From: Marsupella aquatica
Lineage: Eukaryota; Plantae; Marchantiophyta
DNA length: 64,000 nt
Direction: 5' to 3'
Assembly (NCBI GenBank): GCA_973895155.1
Contig: OZ316891.1
Span: 21,216,169-21,280,168, forward strand
The first letter of the stretch is position 1; each line of letters starts with the position of its first letter. This document shows positions 27,441 through 37,827 of the stretch, one piece after another. Below the pieces are notes generated by a model. That model made no database searches. It was not told where the DNA came from and saw only the letters and a list, made by a program, of their open reading frames with translations. Position numbers and translations under genes: made by a program.

Positions 27441-28481
27441 ATGGACGAGACCTCCGAGGAATCAGCCTTGACGGAGGACACCCTCTTCTCGAAGCTCCCC
27501 GGGATGAAGAATCCGGTGGGCTTTGCTGGGGACAGCAAGACTTCAAAGGTCACGGTTGTGGGAGTGGGGAATGTAGGGATGGCTTGCGCACAAACCATCT
27601 TGACACAGAATCTGGCCGATGTGATCGCTCTGGTCGACGTCGTCCCAGACAAGCTCCGGGGTGAAATGCTCGACCTCCAGCACGCAGCTGCGTTTCTTCC
27701 CAACGTGAAAATCGTGGCCGACACCGACTACGCAGTCACTGCCGACTCCGACATCTGCATTGTCACCGCGGGAGCTCGGCAACGAGAAGGCGAGGACCGG
27801 CTCTCTCTCGTCGACCGAAACGTGTCCATCTTCAAAAACATCATCCCAAATCTCGTGAAGCACAGCCCAGACGCCATTCTCCTCATCGTCTCCAATCCCG
27901 TGGACATCCTCACGTGGGTGTCCTGGAAGCTCTCCGGCCATCCTCCCAACCGGGTCATCGGCTCTGGCACAACCCTCGACTCCTCCAGATTCCGAGCCTT
28001 AATTGCCAACTTCTTCCATGTGAGCCCTCAGAATGTACACGCACAAATTCTCGGTGAGCACGGCGAGACTTCCGTGCCCTTGTGGGATAGTGTGAACGTT
28101 GCTGGGGTTCCCGTTTCCGAATTCCTCAAGAGCAGAGGGATCACAGCCAGTCCAGCAGCGCTGGAGGAGATGCACAGGAAGGTTGTCGATGGGGCGACAG
28201 AGGTGATCAAGCTCAAGGGGTATACGTCATGGGCGATCGGCTATTCAGTGGCCAGATTGGTGAGCAGCTTGCTGCGCAATCAGAGGAGGGTGTACCCCAT
28301 TTCGGTGCTTGCTCGAGGATTTCATGGAATTGAGAACGAGGTGTTCATCAGTCTGCCTGCAAGTCTGGGGCGCACGGGGGTGTTGTCTGTGGTTAACTCG
28401 ATGCTTTCGGATGTGGAGAAGAGGCACCTTCAAGCTTCTGCCAGGGGTCTGTTCGAAGTGCAGAGCAAGCTTCACTTGTGA
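27441..28481 (+). CDS. LDH: L-lactate dehydrogenase, plant type, intronless
   Basis: Continuous ORF with Rossmann motif KVTVVGVGNVG, GEMLDLQHAAAF, substrate loop TAGARQREGEDRL (Gln/Arg of LDH), SNPVD, GSGTTLDSSRFR, GEHG and KGYTSWAIG. The start is set at MDETSEE (27441) from typical plant LDH length; the ORF is open further upstream. Confidence 0.95.
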   Translation: MDETSEESALTEDTLFSKLPGMKNPVGFAGDSKTSKVTVVGVGNVGMACAQTILTQNLADVIALVDVVPDKLRGEMLDLQHAAAFLPNVKIVADTDYAVTADSDICIVTAGARQREGEDRLSLVDRNVSIFKNIIPNLVKHSPDAILLIVSNPVDILTWVSWKLSGHPPNRVIGSGTTLDSSRFRALIANFFHVSPQNVHAQILGEHGETSVPLWDSVNVAGVPVSEFLKSRGITASPAALEEMHRKVVDGATEVIKLKGYTSWAIGYSVARLVSSLLRNQRRVYPISVLARGFHGIENEVFISLPASLGRTGVLSVVNSMLSDVEKRHLQASARGLFEVQSKLHL

Positions 28482-29499
28482 CAAATCACGTGAAGAGCTT
28501 TGTGATTATTAAATAGGGAGTCTCGAAGCTTGGGCGATGACTTTTAGCTACACCTTTTTCACAAGGTTGTACAAAAGTTTTTCTTTTACCTTTTTCTCAA
28601 GGTTGTGAAAAAGTTTTTTTCATGAGCCTGTATAGTGATTTATGATTTATGGTCGTATGCCACTCTTTTATGCCAAAAAGATGTGGATCATGAATTTAGT
28701 ACTCCATAACTTTTTGTGTCTCCATAACTTTTTATGTCTCCTTCACTACTAGTTTAAGCTCCATACAATTTTTTGAGGTTTGAGACCCCCCTCATGAAGT
28801 AGGTGCACTACAAAATATTGTCTCCTGTAAATGATGTTAAAGTGAAGTTTTGAAGTGCATAAGTGAAATATGGCCGGGAGTCCACCTAGCAACTACAATA
28901 TATTGTCTGCTGTTAATGATGTTAAAGGGAAGTTTTGAAGTGCGTAAGTGAGATATGGCCCCCCAATGTAGGGGGTCACGTGGCAACTGGATTTCAAGGA
29001 GTGGGGTGAACATTTTGGGGAGTCAGCCTAGCAATTGGATTTGAAGGAATAGGGGAATTGTGGCAGGATGAGCTGGGCATGGAAAAGATGCACCTTTGGG
29101 TTATCTAATGGATAAGAAAAACTATCACCACAATCCAATTCCAGGGAGGCTTCCTGTCATAATAACATTTTGTAGGAAGGTCATCAAAAAGAGAGTGGGA
29201 TTGCACATTAGAATGATTATAGCTCCAGTATAACACTTTGCATGAAAATTATGTTCGTACACATGCGTTGAGGTCATCATTGGGAGCCAATACTCAAAGG
29301 TTTGTTGGCCCCTTTGTTACATCCTTACCATAATTGGCCATTGTTCATGACCTACTTCATAAAGTGAAGACATAGGTCATAAATTCTCTTGTAACATTTT
29401 TTTTTTTTAAACTATGTTGGTGGACAGGGACAGACATGAGGAGTCTGGGTAAGGGGCCTTCTTGTGCATACTCAATAGTAGTCAGCTAGTACACCCTAT

Positions 29500-30170
29500 T
29501 CTTCAAAATTTTAATCATAGATCCCATGTGAGCTTGAGAAGGGAGCAAGAGGTTTAGAATGGAATTTCATCCAAGCTTATAGCTCTAAAGAACCTTATGG
29601 TCCTCCCAGAGACTCACCCCTTAGCTCAAAAGCTTGAATTTGAAAAGAAGCCTAAAAGCCTACCCTTGGATGGTGCTAGCACTCCTACTACAAGTCATAA
29701 GCTCTATGGGATCTCCATCCATAAATGTAAGCTTGGATAAGATCCCAAAATTCTATTTGTAAGAAAGAGAAACCTTTTTACTCAAATTTATAGCCTACTA
29801 TTCAAAAATCTATATATGGTAGATCCCATGTGACCTTGAGAATTCTGTAGGAGCAAAAGGTTTGAATGAATCCTCATCCAAACTTATACCTCTAAAGAAC
29901 TTTATGGCGCACCTACATTATTGACTCACCCCTAAGCTCAAAAACATTAATGTCAAAAGCGACGTAAAGGCCTACTCTTGGGAAGGTGATAGCAACCCAA
30001 CTACCTGTCATAAGCTCAGATGGGATCTCCACACAAACCTTTGAACTAGGATAACATAACAACATACTATTGTAGGAAAAATCAAACTGTTTTACTCAAT
30101 CCATATCATACTAGTCAGAAATCTACATCATAGATCCCTTGTGAGCTTGACAATAGGTACAAAAGGTTTG
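29500..30170. repeat. ~300-bp repeat unit in tandem, also present at ~26150-26320 and ~31420-31520
   Basis: gatcccatgtgagcttgagaa...catccaagc...ctctaaagaac.ttatgg...aagcctactcttgga...tagca.ccaactac recurs near 29520, 29820, 30130 and 26152; its 3' part also occurs at 31420. Confidence 0.75.
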
Positions 30171-30198
30171 TGAACCAGCAGCTTGTCACACTAAAGCA

Positions 30199-30618
30199 CT
30201 AGATGAAGACCCTTAACTCATCACACTTTTGCATACATATGGACTACGAGCCCAATGCCAGTGCGTTGCACTGTGCAAGGAGGGCCGGTCCCATAGGGAG
30301 AAAGCGCATGGAATGTAAACGTGGGAAGGGAGGCGAGCGAGGCAGGCAGCCAGGAGGGCACGAAGCCCTATGCACGGAAGGGAGGCGTGGCGAGGCAGGG
30401 CCCGAAGCCCTATGCATGGATGGGAGCAATTACGTGGGCCTGCGCCTGCCTGTGTGCGTCGTTCCTGGCATGCGTGTCTCGTTAACCGATCGGACGGATA
30501 CGAAAAAAGAGATGCTTTAATCTGACGGTTCAGTTTCATTCCCGCTGATATTCAAATTCATAACGGGACGACGGACGAAAGTGGCCAAATGGGCGGGATT
30601 GCCTATTATAGTGTTAGA
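30199..30618 (-). mobile_element. Small non-autonomous Helitron-like element
   Basis: The minus strand reads A^TCTAACACTATAATAG...CTAG^T (5' TC, 3' CTAG, inserted between A and T). The hairpin cagtgc-gtt-gcactg at ~30259 lies further from the 3' end than usual. The interior is GC-rich with a duplicated cgaagccctatgca. Confidence 0.45.
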
Positions 30619-31119
30619 TTATCTCGTCACATTATTGCAGTGGTAGATCTTTATGTTGTAGGCAGCTTTCCAAGATTTCCCCGGCACAAATCTTTATTGT
30701 CACCCATTGCAAACATGAAATTGATTGCATACACTAGAATTGAAATACCTGAGCCAAAATGTGTCATGTCAAATGCAAGATCCCAAATAGAAAAGTACCA
30801 AAGCAATCCACCTGGATTACAAAACCGAACACATGAGCAAAAAAGGGATCCACGAGGGGCCCACTAGTAGGTGACTAGGATTCATCATGGTTTGCCAGAT
30901 TGTGCTCCAAGTTCATATACACTGAAGTCTGCCCTATTCTCACTATTTCATGGCTGAGATTGCATCTCAAACATACAAGAAGAAAAAGAGGGTTCCAAAT
31001 TCTTGTAAAGCCCCTTTGTTTTTCTTCTTTCTAGGTTTTTGTGGTTTTCATTGTCTCCCTTCTTTCCAGTTTCGAGTTTATGCTCTCAACTTCTCTGAGC
31101 CTCCTTTGTTCTTATTCCA

Positions 31120-31310
31120 CTATACTTTGTTAGGCCCTTTTTCCGTAAATTGGTCCATCTCAAAACTTCTCTGGACCTCCTTTGCTATTATTAAATTATA
31201 TTTTGTTGGGCCTTTTTTCAGTAAATTGGTCCCTCTCAAAACTTCTCTGGGCCTCCTTTGCTATGATTAAATTGTATTTTGTTGGGCCTTTTTTAATAAA
31301 TTGGTCCCTT
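31120..31310 (+). promoter_or_regulatory. ~77-bp tandem repeat carrying site II motifs (TGGGCC) upstream of NOP10
   Basis: TGGGCC occurs at 31207, 31248 and 31283 within the repeated unit tttgttgggcctttt...aaattggtcc.tctcaaaacttctctgg.cctcctttg. Telo-boxes (TAGGGTTT) lie downstream at 31855, 32321 and 32455. Confidence 0.5.
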
Positions 31311-32133
31311 TTCCCCTCTTACAGAACTCTAAAGAACTTTCCGAGACGCTTTCTTCCATTGTACTGTGTTAGGCACATTTTTAGTAAATCCTTCCCTTTT
31401 CCCGATTATATCATCAAAAACTTTATGGTGCTCCTAGTGCCGCACCCCTAAGCTCAAAAGATTGATCTCAAAAGCGGCCTAAAAGCCTACTCTTGGAAGC
31501 TGCTTGCACCCAACTACGACAAGGAAAGTAGCGTCTCCAATTTGCCGAACACAGCGCACTTCAGGATTTGGTTCGTTGCAAACTTTCCTTCGTGCATTTC
31601 TTCTTGTTGCTCGCTCTCTCATTACGCGAGCTCTCTCCGTCCCAATCTGTCGAGGTACGCACAGAACATAATTCTCTCTCAAGACGCGCTCTGTTGCGAT
31701 AGAATTCAGATCGCGCGTCTGGTCGAAGCCGAAGTTGCATGCCAGTGACTGATTCACGTCAGTGCTCGATTTTGTTCTGCTTGTCGCTCGCTGTTGCGGC
31801 GGCGTGGATGGGTCATGACTGATTTGTGGCCAGACAAATTAATCCAGAGTCTTCTAGGGTTTCAATCCCGTGCTTGATTGATTACTTTGTTGGCTGACCT
31901 GACCACGGAGCTTCTCCTCGTTGGGCTCTCGTTTGGTTCACCTGTGGAGAGTGAGTGCAATGACTGATTCGTGGCAAAATGAATGAATTTAGCGTCTTCG
32001 AGGGTTTCAATTAGGGTTATTTCTTGTTGATTTATCTGACCATGAAGCTTCTCTTCCTTGGCTCTCGCGTGGTTCAGCTTTGGACGCGAGGTAGTTCTTG
32101 CGGCGGGGCAAGCGGCTGAGCGTTTTGGCGAAA

Positions 32134-32850
32134 ATGTATCTAATGTACTACGTCAACGAGGTGGGCAGCAAAGTGTATACCATGAAGGTGAGATAAGATG
32201 AGAAGAGATCATGTTTTCTTCGTCACAGGGGCCACTCTGTCCGCGTCCAGTGGGAGACGATGTGGAGATGACTGTGTGCTTTCTAGGGCGCAATCACTTT
32301 CTGTTGCATGTATTTTAATGTAGGGTTTGGAGTTTTCGTGTCACGATCGCCAAGGCGCGATTGGCCTGTTAGTTTCTGTTGGAAGAGTATACGGAGATGA
32401 CTGCTCTTCGTCTAGCGAGGTTCAGCTACTATTGCATGTGTTTTGGTCAGGGTTTAGGGTTTGGTGTCCCAGGATGTATCTCAAGATGAACAGGCTTCTC
32501 TCTCGTGTATCGGTGGCCGTCCCTTTGTCAGTTTTTGCGTCAGATCGATTTCTTGTAGCTGAATTCTGATATGGAGGAGTGGCTGCGCTTGTCTTGACAG
32601 AAAGAAGCTCCGGATGGAACGCCGACGAAATGCGCCCATCCAGGTACAACTATCACTCGTGACTTTCTTGCAAATCCATGGGGAAGTTTTTGTGTGTATA
32701 TTGTTCCCGAAGTCTTAGTGGTCGTTGACGGTGGTTTGTATTTGGTGTGCAGCTCGATTTTCACCCGACGACAAGTTTTCGAAGCAGCGGATGACTTGCA
32801 AGAGGCGATTCGGGCTTTTGCCAACGCAGGGACCTCCCCACAAGTACTGA
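32134..32850 (+). CDS. NOP10: H/ACA ribonucleoprotein complex subunit 3 (Nop10), 3 coding exons, 64 aa
   Basis: Exons 32134-32187 ([18 protein letters not shown]), 32601-32643 ([14 protein letters not shown]) and 32753-32850 ([32 protein letters not shown]) with GT-AG introns. The AHPARFSPDD and RFGLLPTQ signatures are present. Confidence 0.96.
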
Positions 32851-35800
32851 ACTGTTTTGCTGCGGCTCGGTATGGCGACCACGCTGTACATATGAAGGTT
32901 GTTATCTGAGCTGAGCAATGTCTGGTTATTTGTGGGTGTGGTTCCGGTTCTCCAATTCAATGAGCTGGGTTTAATGAAAAAGATGTCAGTAGCTTTTTTG
33001 GGCGTCACTACTGAGAATCACAATATAGCTAGTTCACTGGAATTCATATTGAGGCGACGAGAAATTAGGTATTTGTCACATATTGCCTTTCATGGTGATG
33101 ACAGACTTAAAAGCTTTTCCCGTAGAGAAGACGAAGCTCTCAGTGGACGTACAAGTGGACAGAAAGATGGGACGTGCTTGTGAGGGGTCTAGGTGAAATT
33201 GCAGATCCGGTTTCGAACTTCCGTGCTGGTAGATTGGAATGAGAAACATTAGTGGAAGTTTGTTCTTCCCGGAACTCGGAATGTATTTTTATCCAGAATA
33301 ATTTTGACCGATTGTGTGTATGGATTTACTTATTCGTCGCCTCTCCTTTTGCAACTCGGAAGTCCGAACCTGAGAAAAATGGTGGCGCGTGTCATGGCTA
33401 GATTTCAGTCTCGGTATCTTTCGTCAGGACATCCAGTAAGGGATCGTGGATTGCCGCTGCCGTCAGTACAAGCAATTCTAAAGCACAGTCGGTCATTCGG
33501 CAGCTGGACGGGAAATTATTTTTGGTTCTGGTTCACCTGTTTTTTTATTAAGGCTCACTGAGGATGGCAGTTTTAGGGCCCTTGCAAAGATTTATTCGGT
33601 TTCTATATGAGGGTTTTCATCCATAGTTCTGGTTCCATCCACATTATTTGTTGTGAGCTCACTAAACTGCGGTTTTAGATCCTTTTCATAGCGGGATTTG
33701 GTCTTCATGCGTAATGGACGTCAAATATACTACTAACGTTGTCTGTGATAGTTTTTATTTGGTTATTGTCGACAGTGGGTGACGATTCAGCTGATTGACG
33801 TCCCCACAAGCGGAAATCCAGTGATTTACATATTGTCTTTGCAGACATAATCTGCGGATCTAGTTATGGTTAAAATCATGGAGGTTCTCTGTTTTGAATT
33901 CGTTTCGCTAAAAGGGAGGGTCCAAGAGCTCACTAGTAAGACAGTTGCAAGCTATTATGAATCGGTTACTATAGATATGTTTGGCCTGCCGACGTGTGTG
34001 TGGTACCACTTCACTAACTCATCTTGAGGCTTCACTCATTATAAGATGTCTGCCAAAGGGGTGTGGCCAAACGCCTTGGATAGAAGAAACTTGGAAACGG
34101 ATGGGACATCAAATTAGAATGTTGAAGACTACACCGCAGTATTTCCTTCTACGTCGCAGATTTGACTCGGAAGTCCAACTTGGGAAATTAGTCAGAACGT
34201 GGAGAGAGCTTTCCTAGAGTCTCATTCTCCGAACGACCAGATTCGCCATAAATCCTGGCTTGAATTTGCAGGCCAGCAATCAGCTGTGCCTGAGTAACCG
34301 AGGGCAATTGTCTGTATGGTGGAAGTCTCGTCGATGAGTAGTCTTCATGATCACTCACACGTTGAATCAAATCTGCTGAGGATATCTTGTGAATCGCACG
34401 TGCTTTATGATCATCTGCATTCGGGCATAAGAAGTTCGAAGGCCATGGCAGATGACTTAGAAAGTATGCATTCAATCAGAAGTGGGGACACAACCTTTTG
34501 CTCATTGCAGGAGGTACATCTCTCTATAATCGATAAGTGAATCACCAGGCCTCATTTATGCGAACCGTATATATTACATTCGTACCAGAAATTTGTCTGG
34601 AGAACTTCCGAGCAGTGTGTTGGTGTGCCTGCTCACTCCCTGAAGGTTTGCTGCAGGAAAGTTTGGGCCAATCTTTAAGAATAAGCACGTATTCTGATTT
34701 TTCAGACAATCTGAACAGCAGTGAGGAGTACTAGGAATTTCCACCGGTATAGCAGCGTGTCACGAGTATGGTGCGATTTGTTTGAACGTTGTCTATGTCT
34801 GTTATTCCTCAATCAACTCCTGTAATCACAAACAACTGATCGGGTCGTCTTGCTGAAAACTTCCGAGCTTTTATGAGAAAGATTGGGTTACTTGGGTGGA
34901 GATTGTTGTCACCTCAAAAGGTGAGAATCTAGTTAGTGTTGTCAATTACAGCACTGGTACAACATTATTATGTACCTTTGTGATGGTGAGAGCTCTTCGT
35001 GTCATGATGAAACCTTTTTGTAGACATGGTTCTTTGGAGGGAGAAGGATTTGGCTAGAGTGGAAGAACTCACCAGATGATGATAGAGATGATCAACAATG
35101 TGAATGGCTGACAAGAAATGAGGTGGCACCTAATATCAGAATTGGAGGCAAAGCCACCAGAAACTATAATATCAATTTGAGCAAGGACTTTGCTCGACTT
35201 CTGTTGGATCAGTCAGTTCTCTAGACAAATACATCATAAACCCTAAATACATCAACTTCATCAGTTGCCTTCAGCTGGGCAGTGGTGTGTAGCTGCATGG
35301 CTTAACCCTAATCCACATCAACCCTAAATACATAAACTTCCTTAGTTTCCGTCAGTTGGGATGTAGTGTGGGACTGCATGGGTTTACCCTGACCCACTTC
35401 CCCCCTGTCCTCATCTATCACCACATCCTCTTCCCACTGGATCGCACTTCTTAGCCCCCCTCGCCCTCAGTTTGTGCTGTTGGGGCATCAAGTTTGCAAG
35501 GTTGTGGGAGGAGGATGGCACACACTGTTGTGAGGGCAGAAGATGGGGTGACGAATGGGGATGAGAGTGACGTGGGTTAGACTATGGGCGGATGGGCCAA
35601 TAGGAGGCAACCCTCAAGTCAGATTGAACAGGTTAAGGTCACAATGGGTAGGGTGGGGAGTTAACTTTTAACTACATTAAAGATATCCATAAAGTATATC
35701 CTGACTTTCGCCCAAGAATTAGGCTAACTCGGGATTAGACCCGCTAATTTGTCATTAGTCGTAAAGTAGGTCCTGCTTTGTAAAGCTTGATGAGTTACTG

Positions 35801-36080
35801 TAAACCATCCCAAGTTAATTTTGGCACACGACAGAATCATCGGGCTACTAAGCAGCTCTGCCCTTGGCCTCGACAGCGCAAGGTTACTCAGCAGCTCGCC
35901 CTTGGCCTCGACATCGCAAAAATAGCAGCCTCTGCCCTTGCGAATTGATCTGCGCCCTCTTTACTGCTCTGTGTGTGTGTCCTGCAGTCCTTCATTTACT
36001 CTTTGACGGTGTGGCCACAAGGAGCCGGTGAGCTATCCATCTTTTCGCCAAGTGTGGATCTTGGAGCAGTGCGCCTACTG

Positions 36081-37308
36081 ATGGAGATGCCCACAATGCC
36101 AGGGAGTCTTGATATGCAGCAAGTCCTTCCTCCAATCGTGCACGGCGAGGAGCATGAAGATTTCTGGAGAGGAGATAATGATAGCCAAGATCATGGAGAT
36201 ACAGGCTTCATGCTGTTGTTGCTTGCAATGGCTATGCAGGCATATCTCATAATGCTCGATACATTCCAACCAATTGAGCTGGCTCGGGAGAATCAGGTGA
36301 CTGTGAACCCAAGAAGACCAGTAGATGACCTACTCTCTAAATACTCTCAAACTCCACAATTGTTCAAGGACCTCACAAATTTCACTCTTGAAGAATTTGC
36401 AGAGCTCTTGAAGAATTGTTTGTCCCACCATAGAACAGAATGCTAGGTCTAGTGGATTATCTCATAAGCTGAAAGGTCGCCCTAGCAAATTGACCCCAGA
36501 ACAGAGATTGCTTAGCTACGTCTTTTACATGAAGCATGACAACACAATTTATTTTGATGCTGCTCATTGGAATTGGGCAAGATCATCAGTATGTGATGAT
36601 GCCATTTTTGTAGCTTCTTGTGTAAATCAAGCCTTGGCCAATGAGATCCGATGGCCTAGTGTCGATGAGAGATTGGAGTTGGGGAATGTCATCACCAACT
36701 TGCCTGGATGCATAGGATTTGTTGATGGCACCTTATGCAAAATTTGCAGGCCCTTTGATGACCCCTATCACAGTAAATGGTATCAAGGGCGGAAAAAGAT
36801 GTATTGCTTTAATTCCATAGTGCTAGTAGATCATAATGAACTTTTTATCTAAGTTGACCCTGGCTATCCTGGTAGTTTCCATGATGTCACAATTCTGAAG
36901 GATTCTTGGGTGGACAAGAATTGGAGAACCCAATTTGCAAATCAGGATGACTACTATGAGTATTTGCTTGGCGATCAGGGATACACAAGCATGGAGAATT
37001 ATGTGATGAGAGGTTTCAGTAAGGTGGAAATCCGAGCTATGGAATTGGATGAAAGCCTGGTGAAGATATTCAACAAGATGCACTCGGGATACAGAGTCAA
37101 GGTGGAGTGGGGAATTGGTGGTATGAAACAAAAATGGAGGCAGGTGCAGAAAAGATTTGATCTTGTGAGACCTAAGTTTGCCATCACATTTAGGGCAACT
37201 GCATTGCTCACCAATTTCCTGCATAGGCGAAGGAGGGATATGAGAGTAGAAATAATTGGTCCTAGGGTCAGAGGAGAAGAGAACAAGGGATGGGCTAGCG
37301 AGTTTTGA
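36081..37308 (+). pseudogene. Harbinger/HARBI1-like DDE transposase (frameshift ~36410, stop at 36850)
   Basis: FKDLTNFTLEEF, TPEQRLL, IRWPS, catalytic GFVDGT, YPGSFHD, LLGDQGY and RVKVEWGIGGMKQKW, then LTNF. Confidence 0.9.
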
Positions 37309-37827
37309 AACCTTGGGAGCTCATGAGAGTGCTCTTGGGCTCAACATTTGTTATACAGTCTGCACTGTCGTGTGCACAATTGAGAGCACACTTGTTGAAA
37401 GCACACTTGTTGCTTCAGTATCTAAAGCTATGTCTGTCCTTTAGGGGATATATGCATAACTCTTCATGAATAAAATTATCAGTTACCTTTCAAATGGCTG
37501 AGTAATGGTTTTTTGTGAGTACGTGGATTCAGTCTAGCTTCAGAAACTACAGTCCATTGCAAACATTTGCCTTTATGAAGAAATTGAAGACCTTGGAAGA
37601 CAATGACAACACACAGAAGCTCAAATGCATGAACGTGTTTTTTATTGATTTCACTCATGAATAATTTGTGTTACATGCAATAAAATTGCTCCCAGCACAA
37701 AATTCTATATGAGATCAAAACTGGCCAAGTACATAGACTACAAAATTGGTCAATTGCATGTGTGAACTACTTATATTTGCAAAAGTGGTCGAGTACATGA
37801 TCACTCTTGCCACTTCACAAACTATAA

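Noticed and set aside
27441-28481. Horizontal transfer as the explanation for the intronless LDH
   Set aside because: The protein is typical plant LDH (AQTILTQNLAD, LDLQHAAAFLP, KGYTSWAIGYSVA).
32188-32600. Intronic snoRNA in NOP10
   Set aside because: No convincing C/D box pair with terminal stem or H/ACA double hairpin by eye; needs snoscan, snoGPS or Infernal.
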